The notes under the pieces were generated by a model that searched no databases, had not been told where the DNA came from, and saw nothing but the letters and a program-made list of their open reading frames with translations. The position numbers and the translations under genes were made by a program. From Octopus sinensis (Eukaryota): DNA of 64,000 bases. Below, in pieces: positions 48,189 through 61,444 of the stretch. Location: assembly GCF_006345805.1 (NCBI RefSeq), contig NC_043009.1:62682001-62746000 (forward strand), in the 5' to 3' direction. The number at the start of each line of letters is the position of its first letter. Within the stretch, counting starts at the first letter, position 1.

Positions 48189-48405
48189 CCCTTTTGTTAC
48201 CAACCCGGCTGAAACTGGCTCTGAGTACAAATGTCTTTTTTTTTTCATAAGTTTTGAATTAAAATCTTCCACCAAACCTTAGTCACAGTTTATGTTCCTA
48301 ACACTAGCTGAATGATAACTGAGTTATTTTACTAAATTCTTTGTTATATTTAAAGTAATTGAAAGAAACACTGAACAGCTAAAAATAAATACGGTAACAA
48401 AAGGG
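48189..48405. mobile_element. piggyBac-like MITE (TTAA target)
   Basis: TTAA-CCCTTTTGTTACC ... GGTAACAAAAGGG-TTAA. A second, diverged copy at 55188-55404 is also TTAA-flanked. Confidence 0.85.
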
Positions 48406-49762
48406 TTAAGCAAATTATAAGCTGTTTTATGCAAAGTTTATTTGAAATGCTTTGTTGTTGAGCTCTAATAGGACAACATTGCTTTTGCTCAAAGTTCTTC
48501 TTTACTCAACACTGGTCTTATAGTGTTGAGTAATGAAGGAGAATGGGTTGTGAGTAGTATCTGATTTTTAGGAATATGGAATTGTGTATATTGTGGTATT
48601 AATCATCGTTTAACGTCCGTTCTCCATGCTAGCATGGGTTAGATGGTTCGACCGGGGATCTGGGAAGCCAGAAGGCTGCACCAGGCTCCAGTCTTATCTG
48701 GCAGTGTTTCTACAGCTGGATGCCCTTCCTAACGCCAACCACATAATTACAGAAGTGATTGGAAGACAGTGAAATGAAAAACAAATTAGACTTTGTGTGA
48801 GATGTAATTAGGGTCTGCTATACATCAGTTGCTGTTTGTATATGAGATGTGTGCATATCTTAGAATGCAACGGAGATGTTGCATGGTATGAGACCAGAGT
48901 GATGTTAATCAAACCTGTCGTCTAATCAATAACTAGCACTATCTCCACGAACGGCCTTTATATGAGCCAGCGGTGGAGCCACTACATTGTCATCTGATGT
49001 ACTAGGAATGGCCAAATCTTCTTCAAATCACATTCCTTTGTTTTAGAAAAAGGAAGGATTCATTAGATAATATCAGAATAAAAAGTTTTAGATATGCTTG
49101 TTGTAGTAGTTCTGGCCATGATAAACCATATAAAATCTCATTTGTTTGGATTTAGTATTTCCAGTACCTGTTAATAGAATATCTCGCATACTCATCAGTT
49201 TAACGTCCACTTTTTCATGCTTGCATGGATCAGAGTTTATTGAAGCATCTTTTCCACAGCTAGATTCCCTTCCTGTCGTCAACCCTCCCCTGTTCCCAAT
49301 TAAGGTAAATATTTCCCCATAGCCAGAAATGTTTTTGCAGAATATTGAATATTGGGGACGAACCCTACTGCTTGTATGCCAGTGACTCTCATTTACAACT
49401 ATATAACACGATGTCAAGAATGGGAGATACAAACATACACTCACACACACGTGATGGGCTTCTTTCAGTTTCCATCTACCTGGTCCTCTCAAGGCTTTGC
49501 TCAACCCAGAGCTATAGTAGAAGACACTTGTGCAAGGCACATGCAGTGCATCTGAACCTGAAACCATGTGGTTGAAACACAAACTGTTTAATCACCCAGC
49601 CACATCTGTGTTTACCATAATCTGAGAATTGGTCTTTAAGAGAGAATTGCTGCTGATTGCATTGACTTCTCTTGGGTTTCCTTTTCTTTATTAATCTGCC
49701 ATTTTACTGACATTGTCTCCCACCTTAGAACATGGGCCTATAGTTGCAAACATTCAAAGTGT

Positions 49763-49793
<31 letters not shown>

Positions 49794-51195
49794 GCACTTT
49801 CTCTCTCTCTCTGTAAATTTCAGAGACTGTAAGACCACTTACAATCATCATCATCATTTAATGTCCCCATTCCCACATGGAAAAACGGGGGCTGAAACAA
49901 TGGTGATGCTCCATGTTTGCATGGGTCAGATGGAATTTGTTGAGGAAGATTTTCTACAGCTTTGTCCCCTTCCTGTTGCTAACTCTTACCTGTTTACAAG
50001 CAAAGTAATATTTCTTTATGACCAGGCATGTTTTACATGAACCAAATATTGTTTGTATGGTGATACTGATGATGCTCATTTACAACCATCGCATGATGTT
50101 AAGACAAGGACACATACATGCACACGATAGGCTTCTTTCAGTTTCTGTCTACCAAATCCACTCTAACTAGTCTTCAATTGTCCTGAGGCTATATTATCAA
50201 CGTTTGGTGTTTCTTTTCCATGCTGTCATGGGTTGGATGGTTTGACAGGAGCTGGCAAGGTCAGGGGCTGCACCAAGATTCATAGTCTTGTTTTGGCATG
50301 GTTTCTATGGCTGCCAAGGTGTTGCCCTGTGGGATTGAACCCAAGGCTACATGACTTGGAAGCAAGTTTCTTATCTGCATGGCTGTGTCTGTCCCTACAA
50401 TCTGCTTTAATAATGATCCTTTCTACTATAGACAAAGGCCTGGAATTTGGCGAAATGGGACCAGTCGATTACATCGACCCCCAGTGACTGGCTGGTGCTT
50501 CATTTATCAACCCCGAAAGGATGAGAGGCAATGATGACCTAAGTTGAATTTGAACTCAAAACATAAAGGACAAAATCCTGCCAAGCATTTTGCCCTGTGT
50601 GAATGATAATGATTCTGCCAGCTCGCCACCTTTCTACTTTAATGCTAATAATAATAATAATAATAATAATGGTTTCTTATTGTGGCACATGGCTTTAAAT
50701 TTTTGGGGAAGGGTTGGTCACTCATATCAACTTGAGTTCTTAACTAGTCTTTCGTTTTATCAACCTTGGAAAAATGAACAACAAACAGCTGAACTTGGTG
50801 GGATTTGAACTCAGAATGCAAAGAGCCAAAACAAATAGTAATGCTCTAACAATTCTGCCAGCATGACTTCTTTATTGACACTCTCTTCTAGTTAAAAAAT
50901 CTCCCTTCAGCAAATAAATCAAGTATGATTCTAAACTTTCTGAATGGTTTTGGTGAGAAGATAATTTTGCATCTGTGTATGCATATGTGGAAGTTTCAAG
51001 ATGTACATCTGTTATTTGAGTGGCTCATTCAATTAATGACCTCATTATTCCACTTCATTTTCTTGACAGTAAAGTGATTTATAGAGATGCAGTTTTCATC
51101 TGATTCTGCCGTTTTTATGATGGTGCAATACTATCAGTAATCCAATATGTAACATATAAACGTGGCAAAATTAAACGAATGGTTCTTTTTTTTTT

Positions 51196-51583
51196 TCTTT
51201 TACTTGTTTCAGTCATTTGACTGCGGCCATGCTGGAGCACCGCCTTTAGTCGAGCAAATCGACCCCGGGACTTATTCTTTGTAAGCCCAGTACTTATTCT
51301 ATCGGTCTCTTTTTGCCGAACCGCTAAGTGACGGGGACGTAAACACACCAGCATCGGTTGTCAGGCAATGCTAGGGGGACAAACAGACACACAAACACAC
51401 ACACATACACATATATATACATATATACGACAGGCTTCTTTCAGTTTCCGTCTACCAAATCCACTCACAAGGCATTGGTCGGTCCGGGGCTATAGCAGAA
51501 GACACTTGCCCAAGATGCCACGCAGTGGGACTGAACCTGGAACCATGTGGTTTGTAAGCAAGCTACTTACCACACAGCCACTG
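51196..51583 (-). mobile_element. SINE family A copy
   Basis: Reverse complement of 2243-2637 at high identity. Confidence 0.85.
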
Positions 51584-52229
51584 CATATTATTGTTCCAAA
51601 TATACTGAATGACGTTCTTCTGTTGTAAAATTAGTAATTCATCTTCAGATTACTGCTACTTAGTGTTTATCTTTCCTGGAAATGTTGCTCTTCCTGTTTA
51701 TCTTCCCATTAAAACATCAAAGTTTCCTAAAGTAGGATTTTTAAAAGCAGTTTCTATTTTATGTTAATAATCTCCCAGCTGCCCTAGTTACTGTTGTTGA
51801 GCTTCAGTTCACACCCTGGATCAGATAGTTTTATGATCAAATACATTCTCAGAGGCTTGACCATCTTGTTACATGGTAGGCATATGTCTAAGACAGCATC
51901 TAGCATGTCTTTTTCTCAATTAAAAGGGTAGGGAGGATTAGGCTGTTATTTCAAGCAGGTTGATGCTTCCTTAGGTGTATATAACACATTTAAAAATGCA
52001 GCATGGAGTTTTGTCAGTGAACAGGTCGCAGTCTCAAAGCGACGAAAATATTTTGACAAATTAAATTTAAATGTTGAAGTGAATCTAATGCTTTTTGTGT
52101 GTTTCTTAAATGGCTTATAAACACCTTCCACGCTGCAATTGTTTTCGTTCCAGCACACAATCTCAGATCAGGTCACTTGCTATGCAAGTACATCTCCAAA
52201 ATATTTTTTGTTTAATCTAAAAAGTTGTC

Positions 52230-52480
52230 TCCTTGGCCTGTGCAGCTTCTCCCCAACAGACTTGTGAGTAATGTAGTTACAATTCCTCTTAAATATTTAC
52301 CATTTCATGGCCGCAGGAAATACGAGTATGAGAGGAATTCCAGGAAGCTGGGGCTCTTGAGGAAGCACTGAATACAGTGGTTAATGCTGGGTGTGAAGTA
52401 ATAAACATTAGTTGAAGAGGAGTGATGACACAAGTTGCTCTTAGTGGAAGTGTAGTGGTAGAGAAAGAAGAGAGAGGAGA
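52230..52480 (-). mobile_element. Degenerate CR1/Jockey-like LINE 3' end
   Basis: The minus strand resembles the SFFPR..WNSLP...FKR terminal motif region, with indels. Confidence 0.4.
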
Positions 52481-52628
52481 CAGAATGTTTGTGGATCAGA
52501 CATTAGAGTATGTTGTTGGTAAATGACTTCGTTACAATCAAGTGGGGCATTTTTTTATATACAGTCAAGGATATTTGTATGCAGAGCTGCAAAACCATTT
52601 TTCATGAAGGAACAATATTCCATTGGGA

Positions 52629-52977
52629 TACTCTTTTACTCTCTCTTTTACTTGTTTCAGTCATTTGACTGCGGCCATGCTGGAGCACCACCTTTAGTCG
52701 AGCAAATCAACCCCGGGACTTGACGGGGATGTAAACACACCAGCATCAGTTGTCAAGCAATGCTAGGGGGACAAACACACACACACACACACATATATAC
52801 ATATACATATATACGACAGGCTTCTTTCAGTTTCCGTCTACCAAATCCACTCACAAGGCATTGGTCGGCCCGGGGCTATAGCAGAAGACACTTGCCCAAG
52901 ATGCCACGCAGTGGGAGTGAACCCGCAACCATGTGGTTGGTAAGCAAGCTACTTACCACACAGCCACTCCTGCACCT
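52629..52977 (-). mobile_element. SINE family A copy with an internal deletion of ~60 bp
   Basis: Same diagnostic bases as 51196-51583, but CCCCGGGACT joins directly to TGACGGGG. Confidence 0.85.
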
Positions 52978-53771
52978 AGAGGATAAGAGGGTTTAAAAAA
53001 TTTTTTTTTCTGAAATATTTTCTGACTCTGAAGAGGGAAGCCAATCTTTACTATGCAGGTGTGTAATGACAGAGAGAAAGAGAGAGAGATGTTCAGTGAT
53101 GATGGGGTTTGACATTTGTAGTGGTTTCGAGGGTTCCAGCTGCCTGTTTCTTATAAGTGGGTGACAAAATTGTTTTCATGATATATGTTGTAACTTGGAA
53201 GTCTTCTGGATTGAAATACTGTTTGTCTGATATTGTTATGTACACTTGAGAGAATATCCAAAGTATATCTTCTATGTTTTTTTTTTATTACTTGTTTCAG
53301 TCATTAGACTGTGGCCATGCTGGGGCAGTTCCTTGAAAAAATTTTTTCGTTGAACAAATCAACCCCATTACTTAATTTTTCAAAGCCTGGTACTTATTCC
53401 ATCAGTGTCTTTTGCCAAACCGCTAAGTCGTGGGGACATAAACACCAATACTGGTTGTCAAGTGGTGGTAGGGGGACAATGACATACACACATGGGCTTC
53501 CTTTCAGTTTCCATCTACCAAGTCCACTCACAAGGCTTTGGTTGTTTCAAGGCTATAGTAGACGACATTTGCCCAAGGTGCCACACAGTGGGACTGAACC
53601 TGGAACCATGTGGTTGGGAACCAGGTTTGTAAAGGAATTGAAAAGATCTGCTTGTGAACAAATGGTGAATATTACTAGAAATGTCAGAAAAGATTGGATG
53701 GGAAGGATTCTGAAAAGTCTTTAATCAGTAATGTTGTTGAAGCCCCAGGTCATCTTTCATTGTCTCTAGAT

Positions 53772-54076
53772 CAGTGGTTCCCAACCTTTTCACTTCCAAG
53801 GACCCCTTTTATTTAAATGAGTTTTCCCATGGACTTCTTTCAATATGTTTATCCTTATGTGTGTGTATTCTTTTTTTACTTATATTTGTTTCAGTCATTT
53901 TACAACGGCCATGCTGGAGCACTGCCTTTAGTCGAACAAAATGACCCCAGGATTTATTCTTTGTAAGCCTAGCACTTATACTATCGGTCTCTTTTGCCGA
54001 ATGTCTAAGTCATGGGGACATAAACACACCAGCATCGGTTGTCAAATGATGGTGCGGGGACAAACACAGACACAAG

Positions 54077-54116
<40 letters not shown>

Positions 54117-54280
54117 TATACATGATGAGCTTCTTTCAGTTTCCGTCTACTAAATCGACTCACAAGGCTTTGGTTGGCCTGAGGAGATAGAAGACACTTA
54201 TCCAAGGTGACACGCAGTGTGACTGAACCTGCAACCATGTGGTTGGTAATCAAGCTACTTACCACATGGCCACTCCTGCG

Positions 54281-54333
<53 letters not shown>

Positions 54334-54558
54334 TCATCATCATCGTTTAACATCTGCTTTCCATGCTAGCATGGGTTGGACGATTTTGACTGAGGGCTGG
54401 CGAACCAGATGGCTGCACCAGGCTCCAATCTTGATCTGGCAGAGTTTCTACAGCCAGATGCCCTTAATAACGATATATATATATATTTATATGAAATTTT
54501 GAATTTAGTTCATGGACCCCCAGTGCTACCTTTGCAGACCCCAGGTTGGGAACCACTG
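53772..54558. mobile_element. hAT (Charlie-like) non-autonomous element containing two nested SINE insertions
   Basis: TIRs CAGTGGTTCCCAACCT / AGGTTGGGAACCACTG. 8-bp flanks CTCTAGAT (53764-53771) and GTCTAGAT (54559-54566) fit the NTCTAGAN consensus. Confidence 0.85.
53868..54285 (-). mobile_element. SINE family A copy nested in a hAT element
   Basis: Colinear with the other family A copies. More diverged copies or fragments lie at ~3590-3745, 10445-10590, 24375-24668, 27395-27540, 46535-46925, 47080-47215, 49440-49605, 53290-53625 and 60300-60490. Confidence 0.8.
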
Positions 54559-55519
54559 GTCTAGATCTATGATCATAAATATTCCATCTGTTACAGTTTG
54601 TCTTTTTTTCTTCTTGAAACATAAATAGATCACAATATCCAATATGCCTTCCTTTTAAGACATTTTAAACTTTTATATATTCCATCAAAGCCTTCTTTCA
54701 TTTTTTTACATATAAAATACAGAAGTAAATTCTTCATAGGCTTATGGAATATATATGTTATTGAATTTTTATTTCCCTCTTGTACTATATAATTGTCAAC
54801 AATAGTTGGGACTACACCATAGATCTTATATTAAGGTTAGCTGATATTTTTAGCATCTCATGTGTCCACATAGTCTCTTTCATTGGTTTCGGTATATTAA
54901 AAGAATTATAGGCTATGGTGCTACAATTGTCTGAATCATATCTTTCTCTTATACTGATGGTCAGTTATAATTTAATGGTGGACTAATTCTTTGTGCTCGT
55001 TAATTAAGCAGTCCTCTTTCATTCTAAGAATTACTGTTTGCAGTGTATTTTTAATTGTCCTACCTAATGTTTAATTACTTATTAGTTTTATAGGTTTGCT
55101 TCTCATTACATTCTGTCAGTATTTCGTCTTCATATTTAACTTCTAAATCCCTGTGTTCCCTCTTCTACAAAGTAACCAGTGCCTTAACCCTTTCATTACC
55201 AACCCAGGCGAAACCAACTCGTGACTCTGAGTACAAATGTCTTGTTTTCATAAGTTTTGAATTAAAATCTTCCACCAAATCTTAGTCACAATTTGTTCTC
55301 CTAACACTAGCTGAATAGTAACTAAGTTGTTTTACTAAATTCTTTGTTATATTTAAAGTAATTGAAAGAAACGCACAGCATCTCAAAATACAGTAACGAA
55401 TGGATTAAGTCATCTGTTACAAACATTTTGAGATGCCCTTTGTTTCTTTTTGAAGCTCAAGTGATTTTGCCTTCACCTAGGGACATAATCAAGAGTGTTC
55501 TGGTTGATTTCATGTAGTG

Positions 55520-55860
55520 TTGGCAGTGAGCAGCCAACTGGCTTCCGTGCCAGTGGCACGTAAAAGGGCACCATTTGAGCGTGATCATTACCAACGTTGC
55601 CTTACTGGCACCTGTGCTGGTGGCATATGTAAAAGGATTCGAGCGAGGTCATTGCCAGTACCGCCTGACTGGCCCCCGTGCTGGTGGCACGTAAAAAGCA
55701 CCCACTACACTCTCGGAGTGGTTGGCGTTAGGAAGGGCATCCAGCTGTAGAAACTCTGCCAGATCAAGATTGGAGCCTGGTGCAGCCATCTGGTTTGCCA
55801 GCCCTCAGTCAAAATCATCCAACCCATGCTAGCATGGAAAGCGGACGTTAAACGATGATG
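55520..55860 (+). mobile_element. Interspersed repeat family C (SINE-like, ends CCAACCCATGCTAGCATGGAAAGCGGACGTTAAACGATGATG)
   Basis: Near-identical segments at 43790-43990 (+), 17300-17830 (+), 16330-16510 (+), 56250-56390 (+), 11700-11890 (-), 54330-54460 (-), 60495-60720 (-), 48605-48740 (-), 57640-57850 (-), 56600-56820 (-), 13060-13280 (-) and 3220-3380 (-). (GAT)n tail. Confidence 0.8.
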
Positions 55861-57561
55861 TTATGAATATTAACTAGGACAGTTCTTTGCAAGATATTTT
55901 TCTTCGTTGGTGAAGAAAGGACCTTTTTGCATAAATGCAGGTAGAAGGGTATGTTACATGTAATTAATGGTTTAAGTACTGAAGATATTGGGTAAACATC
56001 TAGTGTTGCGAGGAAAATGATGACAGCAACATTAAACCAAGAAGGAAGTTGGTGGAATGTTGGATGCATTCAGTTGGTGTGAGGGGTAGAATGTCTAATG
56101 TTTCAGACTTGTGCCGTGAGCAGAGAGTGGAAGATTACAAAAGAATCGTTTAGTTGGCCAGCACTAATAAGAAATGATCTTCTGCTGTCTGATAATGGGT
56201 TAGAACCTGAGACATTCAACTTTCTATTCCTCAAGGCAATTGAACTTACTAAAAGATGTAGGGCATCCAACTGTAGAAACATTGCCAGATCAGACTGGGC
56301 CTAGTGCAGCCTTCTGGCTTCCCAGACCCCAGTTGAACCGTCCAACCCATGCTAGCATGGAAAGTGGATGCTAAACGATGACGATGATGTGAATGAGTAC
56401 TTTCGTTATTAGCAGTTAATTGTGAAAGTGAGGCTAAGTTGTGTGATTGTTTATTTTTAGAATGACAATTTTTAGGGTAAGCCTGAGAGGCTGGATCTGG
56501 CTGTTTGAACATAAAACAGGTAGAAAATTTGGACCAAATATAGTAAGTTTAAATACTAAAGGGTTAAAGAACGATCTCACAGTCACCATCATCATCATAA
56601 TCAAACATTTGTTTTCCATGCTGGCATGAGTTGGAGAGCTTGACTGGAGCCGGCCAGCCACAGAGCTGCATCGGTCTCCAGCTGTCTGTTTTGGCATGGT
56701 TTCTATTTCTTAATGCCAATCACTTTACAGAGTGCACTCGGTGTTTTTCATGTGGCACCAGCATGGATGCTTTATATGTGACCACTAGTATGGATACTTT
56801 CTACATGGAACCAGCACCCACAAGCTCCATGGCATTTAAACAATAATAATACATTAGAAAACTAAACCTTACATATAGGACAACATGGAATTGAAAACAA
56901 AGAAAGGTTCATATAATGCACTCCTCAAGATGATGTGAGTTTTGAACTGATGCTGGTGATAATAATATAACTTTATACAATTTACTGATCTCAGCAGTTA
57001 ACTAATTTTATATTCTTCAGATTCTAATGTTCTGGCTTTTGTTTTATAAAAGATAAAAATATAAATATCATTCATTGTCAAACATAAAATATCCAATCTG
57101 TTTCAAGATGCAAAACCTCATAAAGTAGATGCCAAAGAAGGAAAAACAACAAAAGATCTGGATTCAGCCTCTGCAAACATAGGCAGAATGAATGTGAAAT
57201 GATGATGTAATTATATTTGTTGATGAAATCATCAATTATGTATAAAGTGTGCACATGCACATAAATGATTAATTTGTATAACAGCTAAATCAAGGGTGTC
57301 AGATTTCTTTGTCTTTGCAGGCTGGATTGAAGCATAAATAAGACTGTATGGGTTGGGTAGAGACAATTATTCCTCAAAGATCCTATTCATAATCTAGGCC
57401 AAAATAAATAGGCATAGGGGCCGATGTGAAATAATAAATTTATTAGCAGTAAATGAATGAAAGAAAGAAAGAATAGGTGTTAGCAAAGTTTATATGCAGA
57501 GATGTGTAGTGACAAATTTATCGACTGGTGTAATATATATTGGCCTGTTTAGTCTTTAGGG

Positions 57562-58107
57562 CAGTGGTTCTTCTCTCAAGGATACATGTGGCCCTCAAGC
57601 ATCCTTCCAACAGCCCTTGATGGTCTTCCCTCTTATTATCATCATCATCATTTAATGTCAGTTTTCCATGCTGACATGGGTTGGACAGTTTGGCAAGTGC
57701 TGACCAGCTGAAGGGCTGTTCAGGCACCATGTCTGTTTTGGCATGGTTTCTACAGCTGGATGCCCTTCTTAACACCAACCACTTTTCAGAGTGTACTGGC
57801 TGCTTTACACAGCACTGGCATGGGTTCTTTTTGCCCGGCACCAGCACTCACGAGTCTGCAAGATTAAAGATGCTCAGCTGGAGAGGGTTGCAGGAGCAAC
57901 CTCACTTTTACTTAGCTTGACATGTCTTTTCAAGCACAGCAAACCACCAGGAGGAGTCTTGGTCCCCTGTCACCCTCCCCACTCTAAGTCCCAATATAAT
58001 AAATTTTAACCTTGATTGACTTGTGTTTTACTTTTTTGGGGGTGTAGTCTCTAAAAACATCCAGGTTTTGGATCTGGCCTGGATATAGAAAAGTTTAAGG
58101 AACACTG
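57562..58107. mobile_element. hAT-like non-autonomous element with a nested family C repeat
   Basis: Ends CAGTGGTTCT / GGAACACTG. 8-bp flanks CTTTAGGG and CTTTAGAG. Confidence 0.65.
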
Positions 58108-58854
58108 CTTTAGAGTGTGAATGGAAATAGAGATTTTGGAAATGAATTCATACAGATCTTGAGAAAACTATTGATTGATAGAAAACTTGCACTGTTTCAG
58201 CTGCAAATCTTTTCAGTATCATTCATATTAAGGCAGTGAGCTGGCAGAAATGTTAGCATGCCAGGCAAAATGCTTAGCAGTATTTCGTCTATCTTTACGT
58301 TCCAAGTTCAAATTCTGCCGAGGTCAACTTTGCCTTTCATCCTTTCAAGGTCGATAAATTAAGTACCAGTTGCATACAGGGGTCGATCTAATCGACTGGT
58401 CCCCTCCTCAACAATTTCAAGCCTTGTGCCTAGGATAGAAAAGAATATCATTCATATTACTAAAACCCATTTGGACAAATGTGTGTGTAAATTAGGAAAC
58501 AATGATATTTTTGGGGGTTTGGTGTGTACATAGACAAAATGAAAGGAAATAGGACACATCTTTTAGTAAATGGATTTATAAGCTTTTTTTTTTTATTGGA
58601 TGAGATAAATGATTCACTGAGGTGTATTGATCTGACTAATTGGGACTGGTTGTTACTGTACTTGATAGAATATTTAAGAAATTAAAATAAATTTTTTTAC
58701 AAGATTGTTGTTGCTGAGCTAGATCATCTTTAAGAGATTGGGACAAAGCAGTTTGATCTGCTCCCAGCGGTTTGAAACTACTAAACATTCACTTCTGAAC
58801 TGTATGGTTTTAGAAAATTACTTCGTAAATCTCACAACGAAAGATATTCAGCAA

Positions 58855-59099
58855 CAGTACTTTGGAGTAAAGATTGTTTGCCAACATAACATGGTAGTCC
58901 TGGTTCAGGACGAATGTTGCTATAATTTAGCCCCGGGAGACATCGTCTCCAGCTGGCTGTACGATTCCCTTGTTCGAAAATATAAGGATACAGATCGTGT
59001 TATATAGCCAGCTGGAGACAATGTCTCCTGGGGCTAAATTACAGCAACATTCATCCTAAACCAGGACTGCCATGTTATGTTGGCAAACAATCTGTACTG
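58855..59099. mobile_element. Tc1/mariner-like MITE, almost entirely inverted repeat
   Basis: Arms 58871-58957 and ~59007-59093 pair over ~87 bp with 6 mismatches. Termini are CAGTAC / GTACTG followed by TA; the left flank is AA and the left arm carries a 10-bp insertion. Confidence 0.75.
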
Positions 59100-61348
59100 T
59101 ATAGTTTTAGTTTGACATATAGAAATACAAAGTGAAGATTATTGAGGAAATTTTCTGCCTTGTTTTTAAAATGCCAGACATTGCCAATGGATAGATTTAT
59201 TCTGCTTTTTTCTTCAGTTTTAAATATTCTTTTGTTTATCTGAGTATTTGACTAACCCTTTTCTTATATTTCTGTTGAAATACATTATCTTTCAATGAAT
59301 TTGAAAATAATGATAAAGTTAGTATGTAAAATAGCCTTGTCATTATTAAACCTGAGTTTAGAATTAAAATCAATGCTGGGCAAAATGTTTAATGGCGTTT
59401 CATCTGTCTTTATGCTCTGAGTTCAAATTCTGCTGAGGTCAACTCTGCCTTTCATGCTTTCAGGGTTGATAAAATAAGTACCAGTTGAGTACTAGGTTGG
59501 GGTAATTGACTGACACCCACCTTCTAACTTGCTGGCTTTGTGCCACAGTTTGAAACCAATAATGGAAGGTAGATTAGTTTAAGAAAAAAGTGTGATACAA
59601 ACTTTTTAAAAGGTTTTTGTATCACAGAACTAAGAGCATTTTCAGGTGGGTTGGTATCGAAAAGGTTAATAAAGGAAAAAATGTTAATTTGAAGATACAG
59701 AAATATTCTATAAGCATGCAGTAATTATGTATCATTTAAAAGTTTATCAAGTATCCACATACTGAAATAATACTGTTACATTAACTAAATTTTACCTAAT
59801 TATTGCAGTTAATTTTAAAAAATCAAATATTTGTAGAGGGTTAGTAAAAAAAGAAACTGCTGGTGTTTGGAAAATAAATCCAAAATGAACAGTTTTGTAT
59901 CATAGTCCAGGTACAGTTTCAGTAGGATGATGTCAAAAGGGTTTCATAGTTACTTGGATGTCTGGACATACAGTGATATGCTTTCTTTAGGGATCGATTT
60001 CTTTTAGTGTCATCATCTGATATAAACCTAATTTGTTTTACTTAGTATCTTAGTAAAAATTCATCCCAAGGCTTCTGATACTATAAATCCTCTTTGTTTG
60101 GCATGTATTTGATATAAACGAACTGTTTGCAGCCGCCATAATGTCCATATTTCTATGCTTGCGTGGCTCAGACAGAATTCAGATTTTTTCTGTGGCCAGA
60201 TAATCATCTTCTTGCAGAAGATTGAAAACAAAGGACACTGCTTGTATTGCAATGATGCTCAAACTGTTGTGTGACGTCAAGACATGTACACACAAATGCA
60301 AATATAACCACATGCATACACATGTGGTCTTCTTTCAGTTTTTGCCTACCAAATCCATTCAAAAGGATTTAGTTGGCTTCGGCCACACATAATAGAAAGT
60401 ACTTACTTACCCAAAGTGCTGTACAGGATCACTGATCTTGAGACTACATATTAGGATGTGAACTCCTTCAACACACAGCTATTCCTGTGCCTCGTATCAT
60501 CATCATCGTTTAACGTCCGTTTTTCAGTGCTAGCATGGGTTGGACGGTTCGACCGGGTTCTGGGAAGCCAGGAGGCTGCACCAGGCTCCAGTCTGATCTG
60601 GCAGTGTTTCTACAGCTGGATGCCCTTCCTAACGCCAACCACTCCGTGAGTGTAGTGGGTGCTTTTTACCTGCCACCGGCACAGGTGCCAGGGGAGTCTG
60701 GCAGTGGCCACGATCGGTTGGTGCTTTTTATGAATTAAAAAATTAATCTCTGGTGGATAAATTCACTGCATTTCAAGCTGCATTATAACAACCATTTTAT
60801 CATTTCATCTGATCATTTGAAGTGTGTATTGAGATAGCCCCACTTCTGTATAATTTCTTTACACACTAATCCTTCCTCACAGCTATTAAATCGTCAGTCA
60901 CCAAGGTTTTAGTCTTAAGATTATCATTGTTGAAACAACACTCATATTTAGTTACTGAACATTGAATTTTACATAATTTAATCCAAACTGTTCTGTGTAG
61001 TAGTTCCATAATTTACCCCACAAAATAGTATGACATATATATATATTTGTTTAAATAATCTAGCCATCTCCGAACAGCTTGCTCACTGAATCCAACTTAA
61101 TACTTAAAAAAAAAAGCCCATTAATGTAATGAAAGTATTGTTAAAACTGTTAAATTTTTTATATTTAACAGCTTTGTTGACAGGTAATGCAATAAACCAT
61201 TAAGTTTTTCATTTAAAAAAAAAATCATGTTTTCATCTCTCAAAGCAAGCACACATGCACATGAAGAGACATGCATGCATGTATGCACACACATGCAAGT
61301 GAGCACACATGCACATAGTTATTCAATTCTTTTCCTTTCTCTCTCCAG

Positions 61349-61444
61349 GTGTTATCCGTCTCCATGGTTGGACTGTGGATAACATAGATTCTTACATTAA
61401 CAACTTCAAGTACTTCTAACTAGTACTTAAAGATGTCAACTGCT
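61349..61444 (+). other. Strong internal exon of an unidentified host gene (5' UTR plus start codon)
   Basis: Acceptor TTCTTTTCCTTTCTCTCTCCAG, 96-nt exon, donor GCT/GTAAGT. Contains a 7-codon uORF (61364-61387) and ends AAAGATGTCAACTGCT. Confidence 0.65.
61433..61444 (+). CDS. Probable first coding segment (M-S-T-A, phase 0) of a gene continuing beyond the window
   Basis: ATG has A at -3 and an in-frame TAA just upstream, and is followed by a consensus donor. Confidence 0.45.
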
